A stretch of DNA of 64,000 nucleotides, taken from assembly GCA_964594455.1 (NCBI GenBank), contig CAZQLY010000004.1:61972-125971 (forward strand), in the 5' to 3' direction. Both the position numbers and the translations under genes were made by a program. The number at the start of each line of letters is the position of its first letter. Position 1 is the first letter of the stretch. The notes under the pieces were generated by a model, which saw only the letters and a list, made by a program, of their open reading frames with translations, did not search any database and was not told the DNA's origin. This document shows positions 9,230 to 18,707 of this stretch, in pieces. This DNA is from an uncultured Gammaproteobacteria bacterium. Lineage in GTDB: Bacteria > Patescibacteriota > Patescibacteriia > JAHIZJ01.

Positions 9230-9829
9230 ATGAAGAAAGTCCTTTTGGTGGTATTTAGCCTCATTGGTCTGTTAGCCGGATCGGCCCAGGCCAGTGATTC
9301 GATCAACTGCCTCTTCGGCGAATTCATCAACGCTCGAGGTGGCGGTGGTTCCTGGGTACACAACACCCAGCACATAAAGAGCGTACCGTTCGCCCTGTTC
9401 GACGGAAGCGTGATTGAGTACTTGCTGCTCTATCACATCACCAAGAGTGATAACCTTACGGTTTCGATTGGTCCACCTCTGGGCGCACTCAACAACAGCG
9501 ATGGCGCCGAATTTTACGGCGGCATCGAATTCCGAACCAGTTTCAGATTCTGGGCGGTGAAGCCTTCGTTTCGCTACGCCCACCGAACGGCTGAACACAA
9601 CAGGCTGCACAACATATGCAACGTTGGCTTGATCACTGCTTCCGCTCCGATAGCCTACGGCGTATACTACCAGCCAATCCAACGGTGTGATCCGGAATGG
9701 GAACATCGTGTGGCCGGACGGATCAAGCTGTCCACCAGCCGGTTCTACTTCAGTCTGGAGGGAAGATACTCTCTCGACCGCGAAGTCGTGACTACAAACT
9801 TCGAGGTTGAAATTCCTTTCACCCTCTAG
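9230..9829 (+). CDS. secreted protein with a signal peptide, possibly a beta-barrel/OMP-like fold
   Basis: Signal peptide MKKVLLVVFSLIGLLAGSAQA. Alternating amphipathic strands. Ends with an aromatic-rich PFTL. Terminator at 9836-9866. GC-rich. Confidence 0.5.
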   Translation: MKKVLLVVFSLIGLLAGSAQASDSINCLFGEFINARGGGGSWVHNTQHIKSVPFALFDGSVIEYLLLYHITKSDNLTVSIGPPLGALNNSDGAEFYGGIEFRTSFRFWAVKPSFRYAHRTAEHNRLHNICNVGLITASAPIAYGVYYQPIQRCDPEWEHRVAGRIKLSTSRFYFSLEGRYSLDREVVTTNFEVEIPFTL

Positions 9830-10062
9830 CCCTAAGTCCAGAGTTTTCTACTGGACTTTTTTATTGATTATTAAAATTAAATACTATAACAGTAAGATGA
9901 TTATGTTTTATTGTTTTTGTTTAGGATTTTCTTAGCTTCTAATGTGATTGGTTCTGTTTTTTTCTTGTCTTTTCTTTTGTTTACATGCTTAGTAATTAAA
10001 TCCGCCAACTCTCCATCACTCATAGGGGTGTGGTTACCCTCTATAACAATGTCCAGTTTATC

Positions 10063-10425
10063 CTACCCTGCTGGCGGCAAATGAGCAATAAATGCATTTT
10101 TCATATAATCAGGAACGGATATAATTAATTCATCAATGTTTGTATGTTTAATATTATTTAAATTTCTTTCTAGTTTTCTATAATATTTTTTTCTTTTTTC
10201 CTTTGTACTATCTTCATATACAGCGCCACTGGGTCCAGATACATTGCCAGCTCGGGTCATAAAAAAACCCTCGCGATCTGAATAATATTTCTTATCAACT
10301 GAAAATTTATTTATAATTTTCATTTTACTGTTGGAAATTTTATATATTTTTCCTACATGAACACTCGACAATAAAAACAGAACAATTTTACCCTTAAATC
10401 TGGGGACCTTGTTTATTAGTGTCAT
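10063..10425 (-). CDS. hypothetical protein; possible toxin partner of the upstream Phd-like gene
   Basis: 15-nt gap to 10441..10677. Basic protein with no recognised motif. Confidence 0.35.
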   Translation of the reverse strand: MTLINKVPRFKGKIVLFLLSSVHVGKIYKISNSKMKIINKFSVDKKYYSDREGFFMTRAGNVSGPSGAVYEDSTKEKRKKYYRKLERNLNNIKHTNIDELIISVPDYMKNAFIAHLPPAG

Positions 10426-10440
10426 GTTTTTTTCAATTAT

Positions 10441-10677
10441 TTAAGATTTTTTTACAATCACCTCTTCGGCCGCTTCATTTTTTTCATCAAGCGGCTGTAT
10501 TATAACCCACGGCTTACGGTGCTTACTAATAATAACTGGCTGTTTTTTATAATGGACGGAATCAACAATTTCTTGAAAATGGCTTCTAACTTCAGTAGCC
10601 CCCGCTTCAATTATTTTTACATCTTTAGTTGATACTTCGGTTTTAATTTTTTTAGGAACTTGTTTACTCATAAACAT
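10441..10677 (-). CDS. Phd/YefM-like antitoxin
   Basis: The stretch HFQEIVDSVHYKKQPVIISKHRKPWVIIQPLDE matches the Phd/YefM core. Confidence 0.5.
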   Translation of the reverse strand: MFMSKQVPKKIKTEVSTKDVKIIEAGATEVRSHFQEIVDSVHYKKQPVIISKHRKPWVIIQPLDEKNEAAEEVIVKKS

Positions 10678-10899
10678 TATTAATTATTAAACCGTTATTC
10701 TTACTATGAATATTATCAAAAATATAATATTTTGTAAAGTGTAGAAAATGTACAAGTTATCCACATTGACAACAAAAAAAGAAACCTTTAGTCTTCAAAA
10801 TACAATTATGTACATTATTTATATTTTTTACTTTTTGCTAATATTTGCTAAACTATATATAAATTATGGTGTGTATAATAAACATTTTAATTTGAGGAG

Positions 10900-11193
10900 G
10901 TGTATATGTTAAAAAAATTAACTGAAAATCTAGAAAAAACAAAACAACAAATTAATAGTTTTATAGAAAAAACTGAAGCTAAACTTGAATCGTTTGACAC
11001 AAATTCACGACAACAATGGGAAGAAACAAAGAAAGACCTTGAACTCAAAAGTCAGGCAGCAGAACAAGAATTGGAATACTTAAAAAACACAGGCGAGAAT
11101 GTTGGCGATGAAATGCTGGCCGGAGCTCATGCTGCAGCTGAAGAGTTAAAATATAGGCTAAAACGAGCAAAAATAGAGATCTCGAAATTATAA
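10900..11193 (+). CDS. coiled-coil hypothetical protein
   Basis: Strong RBS gaggagg. Coiled-coil composition. Confidence 0.5.
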   Translation: MYMLKKLTENLEKTKQQINSFIEKTEAKLESFDTNSRQQWEETKKDLELKSQAAEQELEYLKNTGENVGDEMLAGAHAAAEELKYRLKRAKIEISKL

Positions 11194-11289
11194 ATTATTA
11201 ATTATTAGGAAAACATATGAATTTAAACCAAAAAGCCAATCAAGTGAAAGGTATGGTTTTTTAAAAAGATTGATGATAAATTACTCGAA

Positions 11290-11490
11290 TTGGATATAAA
11301 CCACGAGATTAAAAGCCATATCAAGGCTAATAAAGTCAATTCCTATATAAATGCTGAAGTGGCAAATAACATTGTTTATTTGAGGGGTAAAATAGATGAC
11401 AACAACGAATACAAAACAGTAATAAATAAAATATTAAGAATCACAAAAAACATGAGTATAAAAAATAACGTTGATCTCAATAACCAATAG
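11290..11490 (+). CDS. small BON-domain-like protein
   Basis: [10 protein letters not shown]...NVDLNN resembles a BON motif. Confidence 0.3.
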   Translation: MDINHEIKSHIKANKVNSYINAEVANNIVYLRGKIDDNNEYKTVINKILRITKNMSIKNNVDLNNQ

Positions 11491-11521
11491 TTTAAAATGG
11501 TTAATTATTAAAAGAAAAAAT

Positions 11522-12145
11522 ATGTCAAATCAATACTCTACGCCTGACCTCCCCTACCCATATGATGCGTTAGAGCCGAATATAGATAAAGAGACTATGA
11601 AAATTCATCATGACAAGCATCATGTAAAATACACTTCAAAATTAAATGAAGCTATCAATAAGCATAGTGAGTTTTTTGACACACCACCCGATAAGCTTCT
11701 CCAGAACTTAGACGTTATCCCCCAGGACATTAGAGATGCTGTGAGGAATCATGGAGGAGGTCATGTAAATCACTCGCTGTTCTGGGAAATCATGAGTCCG
11801 GATGGTGGCGGAGAGCCTGGTGGCATTCTAGCAGAGGCACTGACTAATGAGTTTGGTTCTGTGGACGAATTCCGCAATAAATATGAAAAAACAGCCGCCA
11901 ACTTATTTGGGTCTGGATGGGCTTGGCTGGTAATCTCAAAAAACGGCAAGCTCGAAATAACACAGACTCAAAACCAAGACACTCCTTTATCGTTTGGAAA
12001 AAAACCGCTCTTACTGTTGGATTTATGGGAACACTCCTATTATCTTAAATACCAAAATAAACGACCTGAATATATAAAAGCTTGGTGGAACGTTGTTAAT
12101 TGGGACGCTATCCAAAAATCATATCAAGATTTTCAAAAGATTTAG
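11522..12145 (+). CDS. sodA: Fe/Mn superoxide dismutase
   Basis: HHDKHH, and [13 protein letters not shown]...AWWNVVNW are hallmark SOD motifs. Confidence 0.95.
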   Translation: MSNQYSTPDLPYPYDALEPNIDKETMKIHHDKHHVKYTSKLNEAINKHSEFFDTPPDKLLQNLDVIPQDIRDAVRNHGGGHVNHSLFWEIMSPDGGGEPGGILAEALTNEFGSVDEFRNKYEKTAANLFGSGWAWLVISKNGKLEITQTQNQDTPLSFGKKPLLLLDLWEHSYYLKYQNKRPEYIKAWWNVVNWDAIQKSYQDFQKI

Positions 12146-12456
12146 GCTATTTAGAGTCGTTAAAAAACTATTAATACAAAAAAATAGATCAAAATTTACA
12201 ATCTTGTTGATTATAAATCTATGTCTATAAATATTGTAATATACGTATTTTATTCTTTAATACAACAATTATGAAGAAAGATAAAAACAATTATTTTGAT
12301 GATAATTCTTTAGACATAAAGAGACGTTCAGGTAAAAAACCTAAGGTTTTACACAAAAAAGACGGTCTATCAGACAAAAACCTCGAAGTGAAAACCATCT
12401 TCAATGTTGAAAATCTTAACATAGTTTAGTCTTACAATTAATAAAGGAGGATTAAC

Positions 12457-12891
12457 ATGGAAAAAAAGTCAAATACAATAGCCTGGATGGCCCTTATCGT
12501 AGGTATTGGTTCTATCATACTGGGATGGTCTGCATATAATAGAAGTGGTGAGGACCTCGAAGCACAAATTGCAAATTTGAGCATGCAGGCCCAAAAAGAT
12601 ATTGAAGCACAAACTGCTTTGACTGAAGCAAGATTAAGGCTTTGGACGGTAAACAGTCGTTTGGAAATCAACGAAAATTATGATGAAGCAGCCGACGAAA
12701 TAAAGAAAATCAGGCAAGACACGGAAACTGCTATAGCCGACGCCGGTCAAGCAGTGCAAAACACATTTGATGATCTGGATCAAGACCTTGAACAGATAGA
12801 AAATGATCTCAGGTCTGGTAGCTCTGAAGCTATCCAAAACATACAAAATTTGCTTGAGAGTTGGCAACAGAATATTAATAACCAATCATAA
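12457..12891 (+). CDS. membrane-anchored coiled-coil protein
   Basis: RBS aaggagg. One TM helix plus a coiled coil. Confidence 0.55.
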   Translation: MEKKSNTIAWMALIVGIGSIILGWSAYNRSGEDLEAQIANLSMQAQKDIEAQTALTEARLRLWTVNSRLEINENYDEAADEIKKIRQDTETAIADAGQAVQNTFDDLDQDLEQIENDLRSGSSEAIQNIQNLLESWQQNINNQS

Positions 12892-12921
12892 TTAATATTA
12901 ACAAAACATAAAGGAGGAACT

Positions 12922-13197
12922 ATGAATATTATTCTTATGATTATCATAGGGCTAATAGCCGGCTGGTCTGCTGGAATGATTGTCCAGGGCAAAGGGTTTG
13001 GATTATTAGGAAATATTATAGTTGGTGTTTTAGGTGCTTTAATCGGCGGTTGGATGTTCACAATATTTGGGATAGATGTTTTCGCCGGTTTTGGCTGGGC
13101 TGTCCTATCAGCTGTTGTGGGATCGCTAATATTGCTTTCTGTGGTTATTATACTAATGCCCAAAAAAGAGGAAAAAGAGCAGGAAAAATTGAATTAA
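12922..13197 (+). CDS. GlsB/YeaQ/YmgE-family transglycosylase-associated membrane protein
   Basis: IGLIAGWSAGMIVQGKGFGLLGNIIVGVLGALIGGW is a family signature. RBS aaggagg. Confidence 0.8.
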   Translation: MNIILMIIIGLIAGWSAGMIVQGKGFGLLGNIIVGVLGALIGGWMFTIFGIDVFAGFGWAVLSAVVGSLILLSVVIILMPKKEEKEQEKLN

Positions 13198-13214
13198 GAA
13201 TATAATTGCTATTT

Positions 13215-13312
13215 CTTGAACTTAAGCTCGTTTTTCGGCACTTTGGCGCGCCCGAAGCCAGGTAAGTGTTGCTTTAACAAAGCTTCGGGCAGCGCAGTGC
13301 CGTATTTTACAA
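13215..13312. terminator. extended imperfect hairpin followed by a U-tract; terminator or structured RNA
   Basis: cggcac/gtgccg, ggcgc/gcgc and gcccgaagc/gcttcgggc nested stems. Confidence 0.35.
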
Positions 13313-14018
13313 GCATTTTTGACTTCCATGGCCATCTAATACTTACATAAAAGAAAAAACTTTGGCTATCTTTTAACGCCCATTTCAATACTGTCTATTG
13401 ATCAATAAAAAAATAACAAATAGCCACATGATAAATTATGTAAATGCAATAAATTTACAATACTGTTTTTAAATTATTTGTGAATTATATCCAACAAAAG
13501 GTAAAATCAAAACCCATAAAATAATAATCCTTTAATATAATTAAGTACCATAAATATGCCAAGAAACAATAAATCAGTGTACACCCCCTGGACCGCTATT
13601 AAAGAAATAGTAGGTGAAGAAGATAAAAACACCAAGCGCAGAAAAAACAGCCAAACCCCTTCCAAAAAAATCAGAGAGAGAAAGACAGACCCAGAAACAG
13701 CAAGTCAGTAAAACAACAAAACCAATAAACTAGATTCGCGGTTTTGGCGTCAGGATTAACGCCAGCTGGCTGGTTCTGACCTTGCTGATCACCTCGACAG
13801 CGGCCCAAGGGTTGTTTTTCCGGCCCTTGTCCTGGAATTATCGGGTACTGCTTAGTAGTGGATGGGCATGGCTGGGACAGTCGATATATTCATCTCGATT
13901 GTATTCGTTCTCAACTATTGTCTGCTTGCTAGCTGCTTATCCAGTGAATATCTATCTGGTAAAGGGGGAGCAAAGGCCGGCATGCATAACCCAAAAGAAA
14001 AGCATTAATTAAAAATAT

Positions 14019-14351
14019 ATGCAGTATCATAATATAATAAAAAAAATATTCGCCGCTGATATTAATATTAAGAATTACGGAGACGACATTGGGCTTCCTG
14101 GAAGCAGCAACAATAATTTACCTGAAATAATAGCCAATTTAGTGGGGTATGTTTTAAGCTTTATAGCTTTAATTGCTGTAATTATGATTATTTTTGGTGG
14201 CTTCCAATGGCTTACAGCCGCCGGCGACGATGAAAGAATAAGTTCGGCAAAACGCACAATATCAAGTGCAATAATAGGCTTGGTTATTGTATTTTTGGCT
14301 TGGAGTATAGTTAGTTTTGTTATTGGCGGAATCACTAATCAGTCAGCGTAA
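14019..14351 (+). CDS. TrbC/VirB2-family pilin-like protein
   Basis: The segment ...IIFGGFQWLTAAGDDERISSAKRTISSAIIGLVIVFLAW is typical of CPR TrbC/VirB2 pilins. Confidence 0.7.
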   Translation: MQYHNIIKKIFAADINIKNYGDDIGLPGSSNNNLPEIIANLVGYVLSFIALIAVIMIIFGGFQWLTAAGDDERISSAKRTISSAIIGLVIVFLAWSIVSFVIGGITNQSA

Positions 14352-14445
14352 AAGATTGCGTGACTGATTATTGCTCTAGCGACCAAGGCTAATAAAAATA
14401 TAATAAAACAAACCTTAAATAAACTTTAATTCATGAATTAGGTTT

Positions 14446-15042
14446 TTAAGCTTTTTTCTTCTGAACTATTGGTCTCAAGAAGTTTTTTAATTTGCTAAAT
14501 GATATTGATCTATGACTTATTTTATTTTTTTCTTCGTCGGTCATCTCAGCAAATGTTTTTGTCAGCCTCTCTGGAATAAAAAGTAAATCATAAGGCAGGC
14601 TCGGTCTGGGTTTACCTTTGGGTGCTAGAGAAAGATGCCCATTAACCCTGCCAATAAAACAATACTCCTTTCCCTCAGGTGAAACTAATACTGCAACAGT
14701 TTTAAAGTGCGCTCCTCTCTTTTCTTCAGGTACTCCTTTTAATTTATCCAAAGTATGGCGTACAATATTATCCCGATCTGTCCAACGAGCGCTATTAATT
14801 CCTGGAGCACCGTTTAAGAAATCAATAAATATTCCTGTATCATCGGCCACGGACCATTCGCCGGTTTGTTGATTGACTGACCTGGCCTTCTTCAACGAAT
14901 TTTCTTTGATAGTTTCACCATCTTCATCCACTTCATCCAGGTGCAAATCAATAGCACTAACAACTTTTATATCCAAATCAGACAAAAGGTCCTGCATCTC
15001 TTTTAATTTTCCTGGATTGTGGGTTGCAAATACTAATTTCAT
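14446..15042 (-). CDS. rdgB: RdgB/HAM1 non-canonical purine NTP pyrophosphatase
   Basis: MKLVFATHNPGKLKEM signature. Ham1 fold motifs. Confidence 0.9.
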   Translation of the reverse strand: MKLVFATHNPGKLKEMQDLLSDLDIKVVSAIDLHLDEVDEDGETIKENSLKKARSVNQQTGEWSVADDTGIFIDFLNGAPGINSARWTDRDNIVRHTLDKLKGVPEEKRGAHFKTVAVLVSPEGKEYCFIGRVNGHLSLAPKGKPRPSLPYDLLFIPERLTKTFAEMTDEEKNKISHRSISFSKLKNFLRPIVQKKKA

Positions 15043-15159
15043 GTTTATATCTTACCATAAAATAAAAACGGGCACCGAGCCGAAACGCGGCGCCCCCAGA
15101 GATGCCATGAATTTGTACGATCTGATGCCTTAGCCACCCTCGAAAGGGCTCATCCCCTA

Positions 15160-15350
15160 AAAGGAGGGAAGGATTCGAACCTCCCAGACATTAGACAGCC
15201 AATCTAACAGCCATGGGTTTTTAAGCCCTACTGCCAGCGAGGCTAGCCACAGACTCCTATTCTCCTGCAGTTGGCAGATTTGCCAACTAGCACCATCGTT
15301 TCCGTCTGCCCCAGGCTACTTACCTGGGTGAATTGCTGCGAACTCCCTCC
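15160..15350 (-). ncRNA. structured RNA candidate with a tRNA-like T-arm (GGTTCGAATCC) and 5'/3' end pairing; unclassified
   Basis: On the minus strand, a 5' GGAGGGA can pair with a 3' UCCCUCC. There is a perfect local hairpin CCCAGG-UAAGUAG-CCUGGG and a T-loop-like GGUUCGAAUCC. It sits in a 390-bp intergenic gap. I could not draw a canonical cloverleaf. Confidence 0.25.
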
Positions 15351-15431
15351 ACGCAGCATCTGAAGCATACAGCTCAAACTATTTTTGTCAATAAAAAAAC
15401 TAACTACTGAAAGCTAGTTTTTTAGAAAATA

Positions 15432-15785
15432 TTATTCTTCCATTCCATTGACAAGGGTCATCATCTCATCATAATGTTTCTTAATGACTTCTTGACTACG
15501 GTATTGCTGGGAAAAATCTTTCAAGGCATCCATTACTTTCATGATCGACTCTTTAGTCGGATTATCAAAATCACCACCAACTTTCTTGAAGGAGTTCTTA
15601 ACCATGATTTCAATGTTCGCACGAGTAAGTTTATAAGCTGCTCGCTCGGGCAAACTTTCTGTAATATCTTTTAATTCTTCTCGAGCCGCCTCTTCATGAG
15701 CCTCGACAAAACAAGTTAATAATGCCCTACGTACATCTAGGGCGGTATAGGGTTTTTCTGAGTCTACTCCATAGATAATTGGCAT
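15432..15785 (-). CDS. hypothetical protein
   Basis: 117-aa ORF in a compact minus-strand arrangement. Confidence 0.5.
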   Translation of the reverse strand: MPIIYGVDSEKPYTALDVRRALLTCFVEAHEEAAREELKDITESLPERAAYKLTRANIEIMVKNSFKKVGGDFDNPTKESIMKVMDALKDFSQQYRSQEVIKKHYDEMMTLVNGMEE

Positions 15786-15831
15786 GGTTAAAGAAATTTT
15801 AATTATTTTCCCCTTGTTATTGCCTCATTGG

Positions 15832-15908
15832 TGGTCGGGGTGGTGGGACTTGAACCCACGACCTCAGCGACCCGAACGCTGCGCGCTAGCCAACTGCGCC
15901 ACACCCCG
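15832..15908 (-). tRNA. tRNA-Pro (anticodon CGG), CCA encoded
   Basis: A cloverleaf can be drawn: acceptor CGGGGTG/CACCCCG, D arm GCGC-AGTTGGCTA-GCGC, anticodon loop UUCGGGU, T arm GTGGG-TTCAAGT-CCCAC, then ACCA. Confidence 0.9.
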
Positions 15909-16151
15909 TTATTTGAATAAATTATCTAAAAATTCCCGACCCTTTCCTGTTTTCAAAAACCTTTCTCTTCTTATAGCCTTAAGTTTACAATAATAGATCT
16001 CAGTATATACCACCTTAAATGGACGATGCCCTCTAGTCCATTTATTACTACCTCTATTATGCTCTAAAACTCGTTGCGCCACTGGCTTTTCAGTTAGTCC
16101 AACATATCTTTTTCTGGACTTTAGGCTTATAAGAACATATACCGTAAACAT
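15909..16151 (-). CDS. GIY-YIG nuclease family protein
   Basis: YVLISLKSRKRYVGLTEKPVAQRVLEHNRG...WTRGHRPFKVVYTEIY...RRERFLK matches the GIY-YIG core. It abuts the tRNA-Pro 5' end. Confidence 0.8.
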   Translation of the reverse strand: MFTVYVLISLKSRKRYVGLTEKPVAQRVLEHNRGSNKWTRGHRPFKVVYTEIYYCKLKAIRRERFLKTGKGREFLDNLFK

Positions 16152-16196
16152 GCTTTTTTTCTAGCCCCTGCCACAGGCGGGTCCGCCTTTAGCGGA

Positions 16197-16213
16197 AACT
16201 GCGCCACACCCCG
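16197..16213. repeat. 17-bp direct repeat of the tRNA-Pro 5' end (aactgcgccacaccccg), second copy
   Basis: Identical to 15892-15908. Together they flank the GIY-YIG gene. A third degenerate copy lies at about 16301-16315. Confidence 0.7.
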
Positions 16214-16509
16214 ATTAATTAATGATAGCTATTTTGGTACAAACTTACCATCCAGAGAACAGCACTTAGCCAACTTTTCTGTCTGACCACCGAAGCTTTG
16301 TGCAGGTGGTCGCCATACCCCGTACCACATTAATATACCTCTATTTTAGCAGATTTTCAAGCGGTGGATAAATGGTGGATTGACAGGTACTAATTTTGGA
16401 GTTAAAATTCCCCGCTCAGGAAAGAGCGGTTTACGTCCAGAACAAGGAATAGTTCCTTCATAGCTTGAACACACAGCTGAGTTAACTGCACCGAAGGGAA
16501 GTGATTGCC

Positions 16510-17007
16510 ATGACAAACCCCATCAGAAAAGTTGTAGAACTGATGGACCTGGATCGCCAGCCCAAGCAGTGGGAGATTGAGAGGGCCAATAAGAACGTTC
16601 AGTCGTTCTACATAGTCTTCTCGGTTTTCACGGGCCTGATGATCCTGATGTACTGGCTTGAGGCTTTGCGCTACTGGCCATTCCTCAAGCCACTCCACTC
16701 AGATGTCTGGATTGTCCCTTTTGTCGGCTTCAGCATGTACTCGTTCTTGTTGGCGATGTATATCTCTAGCAAGGAAGTCACACGGTGGTGTCGATTGAAG
16801 CGGACGACCCGGCGCGGCGGACGCTGGGTAGCGATATGGTGGAGCACCTTCATGGCAATCCTCCTGCTCTCGATGTTGATTGAATGCATCAAGATGCCTC
16901 GCTATCTGGCCGGACAAACTTTCATCGTTACTATTGCCTTCTTTGGCAGTCAGACGATGAAAAATCTCTTCGTCAAACGCATGATGAATAACCCCAACCC
17001 GCAGTAA
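16510..17007 (+). CDS. 4-TM membrane protein, hypothetical
   Basis: Hydrophobic helices. Two terminator hairpins at 17010-17100. GC-rich. Confidence 0.5.
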   Translation: MTNPIRKVVELMDLDRQPKQWEIERANKNVQSFYIVFSVFTGLMILMYWLEALRYWPFLKPLHSDVWIVPFVGFSMYSFLLAMYISSKEVTRWCRLKRTTRRGGRWVAIWWSTFMAILLLSMLIECIKMPRYLAGQTFIVTIAFFGSQTMKNLFVKRMMNNPNPQ

Positions 17008-17099
17008 CTCAGCAGTGTTCACTGAAAGGGGTGCTTCCCAAGCGCCCCTTTCTCATATAAAAAACCCGGTTGTCTGAATAGACTTCCGGGTTTTTTGAG

Positions 17100-18290
17100 T
17101 CAGGCTACTCTGTTATTCCCTTCAGAAAAGCCATCGCTCTCCCATTGGAGACGGATAACCTCGGAACCGAAGAGAATCTCAGAAGCGATCTGCCGCAGCA
17201 CCTGGTAGACCTCGTCTTGATCGTCGCTTGCACAATCGGTTGAACAGTAACCGGCCGCTGTCACCATGATTTGCTTGGGGTCCTGATCGTTCCAGATCTT
17301 CAGGTGGTGCAGTAAGCGATCTAGCTCAGTCGAATCTTCCAGGCCGCTTTGCTCCAGGATCTCGCTGAGGATCAGCCATTCACCGACCAGCTCAACCAGC
17401 TTATGGCAATGCAGCTGCCAGAAAGCCTGTTTGGCTCTCTGAGTCGTAGTAGCAGCAATCCAGAGCAGTGCCAGATAAACTGGGTCCTGCCCATGCCGCT
17501 TAATCCAATCAGGCATCTGGCGCGTCAACTCCTCAGCCTTGAGCACTCTGGCAATCGGCGGCTTGCTTCCCCAACCCTCCAGAATCCCCACCAGCCTCTC
17601 ATGCTGCTTGGGATCGCTTGGAATATCAAAGGCGTAAGCTACGTCCGCAAGCTCCTTCCAGCCACCCACCATTTCAGCAATATTGCTTAGCGGGTTGCTG
17701 TGCTCGGGCCAAGGAATCGTTTGTTGATCCTCGACCTCCTGATCAGTCGCTGAGAACCGGCTGCTTGGATCGAGATCCCTTACGAGTCGGGCACTCCTGA
17801 AATGAGCTACCGAAGAAGGTGGAATGGTCTGGCCACCGGAGGTGCTGCCTGTTCCCGGCTTCCTTACCAGAGATTGGCGCTCGTGACTGCTTACTCCACC
17901 GTCCGGTCCATAGAACCGCTGGTAGTAGTGAACTGCCCGGTTAACCAATAGCTGGAAAAAAGCTGGTTCAATCGGTCTAGGAACGAAGCCGTTGGCCCCG
18001 CATTTCGAAGCAGCTTGCCGGTAGCTTTCGAACTCGTTCGGATCATTGACTTCGCCCACCAGATAGATCATGACGATTCTCAGGTTGGGCATTCTTCTGA
18101 TTTCCGAGACCAGCCTTAAACAGTCCGGGTCGCTGTTCTCGATGAAAATCGCCGTCGGGATAACACCTTCGGTCACTTCGAAGACCTCGATCGAGCAAGT
18201 GGTCGAGTAGATCACTTCGTGCCCGATAAGAAGACTACGGTAAACTTCATGCCTGTTCACATCCGAGTCAAAGACCAACATCAGTGACAT
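17100..18290 (-). CDS. hypothetical protein with an N-terminal receiver (CheY-like)-type domain
   Basis: RBS gaggagg. The N-terminus MSLMLVFDSD...IFIENSDPD...RIVMIYLVGE is REC-like. The C-terminal ~270 aa are unknown. GC-rich. Confidence 0.5.
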   Translation of the reverse strand: MSLMLVFDSDVNRHEVYRSLLIGHEVIYSTTCSIEVFEVTEGVIPTAIFIENSDPDCLRLVSEIRRMPNLRIVMIYLVGEVNDPNEFESYRQAASKCGANGFVPRPIEPAFFQLLVNRAVHYYQRFYGPDGGVSSHERQSLVRKPGTGSTSGGQTIPPSSVAHFRSARLVRDLDPSSRFSATDQEVEDQQTIPWPEHSNPLSNIAEMVGGWKELADVAYAFDIPSDPKQHERLVGILEGWGSKPPIARVLKAEELTRQMPDWIKRHGQDPVYLALLWIAATTTQRAKQAFWQLHCHKLVELVGEWLILSEILEQSGLEDSTELDRLLHHLKIWNDQDPKQIMVTAAGYCSTDCASDDQDEVYQVLRQIASEILFGSEVIRLQWESDGFSEGNNRVA

Positions 18291-18707
18291 AGCATACCTC
18301 CTCTGCTGACTCAAATAAAAAGAGCCTCAAAGGAGGCGTCTGATATGGGCCATTCCTTGACCCAGAAGCTGTGGCGAAATTACCCGCAAGTTAATGCCGG
18401 TTACGCTACTGGCTCCCGATAGTCCGTTCTCCCGAGCTTATTCCAAGCTATTTGAGAGAAAAGCGTCCAAATTACAGACTATCGATCAGCGCCTCATTAA
18501 CACATCCTGGCGTTTCCAGAATGGTTCAGCGGGATTGTAGCACTAGACCAGTGGTTTGTCAAGGGGTTATTGTATTATTTCAATTGACTTAAAAATAACC
18601 TTTTGATTTCTTATCTTTGTAACCATTCCCTCCGACTACTGAACGACGGTAGAACCGCGGTATTGAGCGGAAAGTCCAATTTCTGCTTCCGTGAAGTAGC
18701 CCTGTAG

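Noticed and set aside
9230-9829. Confident outer-membrane porin call for 9230..9829
   Set aside because: Only the signal peptide and beta-strand-like periodicity are visible. An OMP would be odd in a putative monoderm CPR, so I kept it as a secreted beta-rich protein.
15160-15350. Calling this element a tRNA (Ser/Leu/Sec) or a tmRNA
   Set aside because: The T-arm folds, but the implied 3' acceptor strand has no matching 5' partner at tRNA distance, and no D or anticodon arm can be drawn. At ~190 nt it is too short for tmRNA and I found no tag-peptide ORF ending in ALAA. I kept it only as an unclassified RNA candidate.
15784-15993. ORF 15784..15993 (+), 69 aa
   Set aside because: It lies antisense across the tRNA-Pro gene, so it is a spurious ORF.
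16402-16698. ORF 16402..16698 (-) and 16671..17022 (-) ORFs
   Set aside because: They overlap antisense to the plus-strand 4-TM protein gene, which has an RBS and terminators. They are GC-rich antisense frames and likely spurious.
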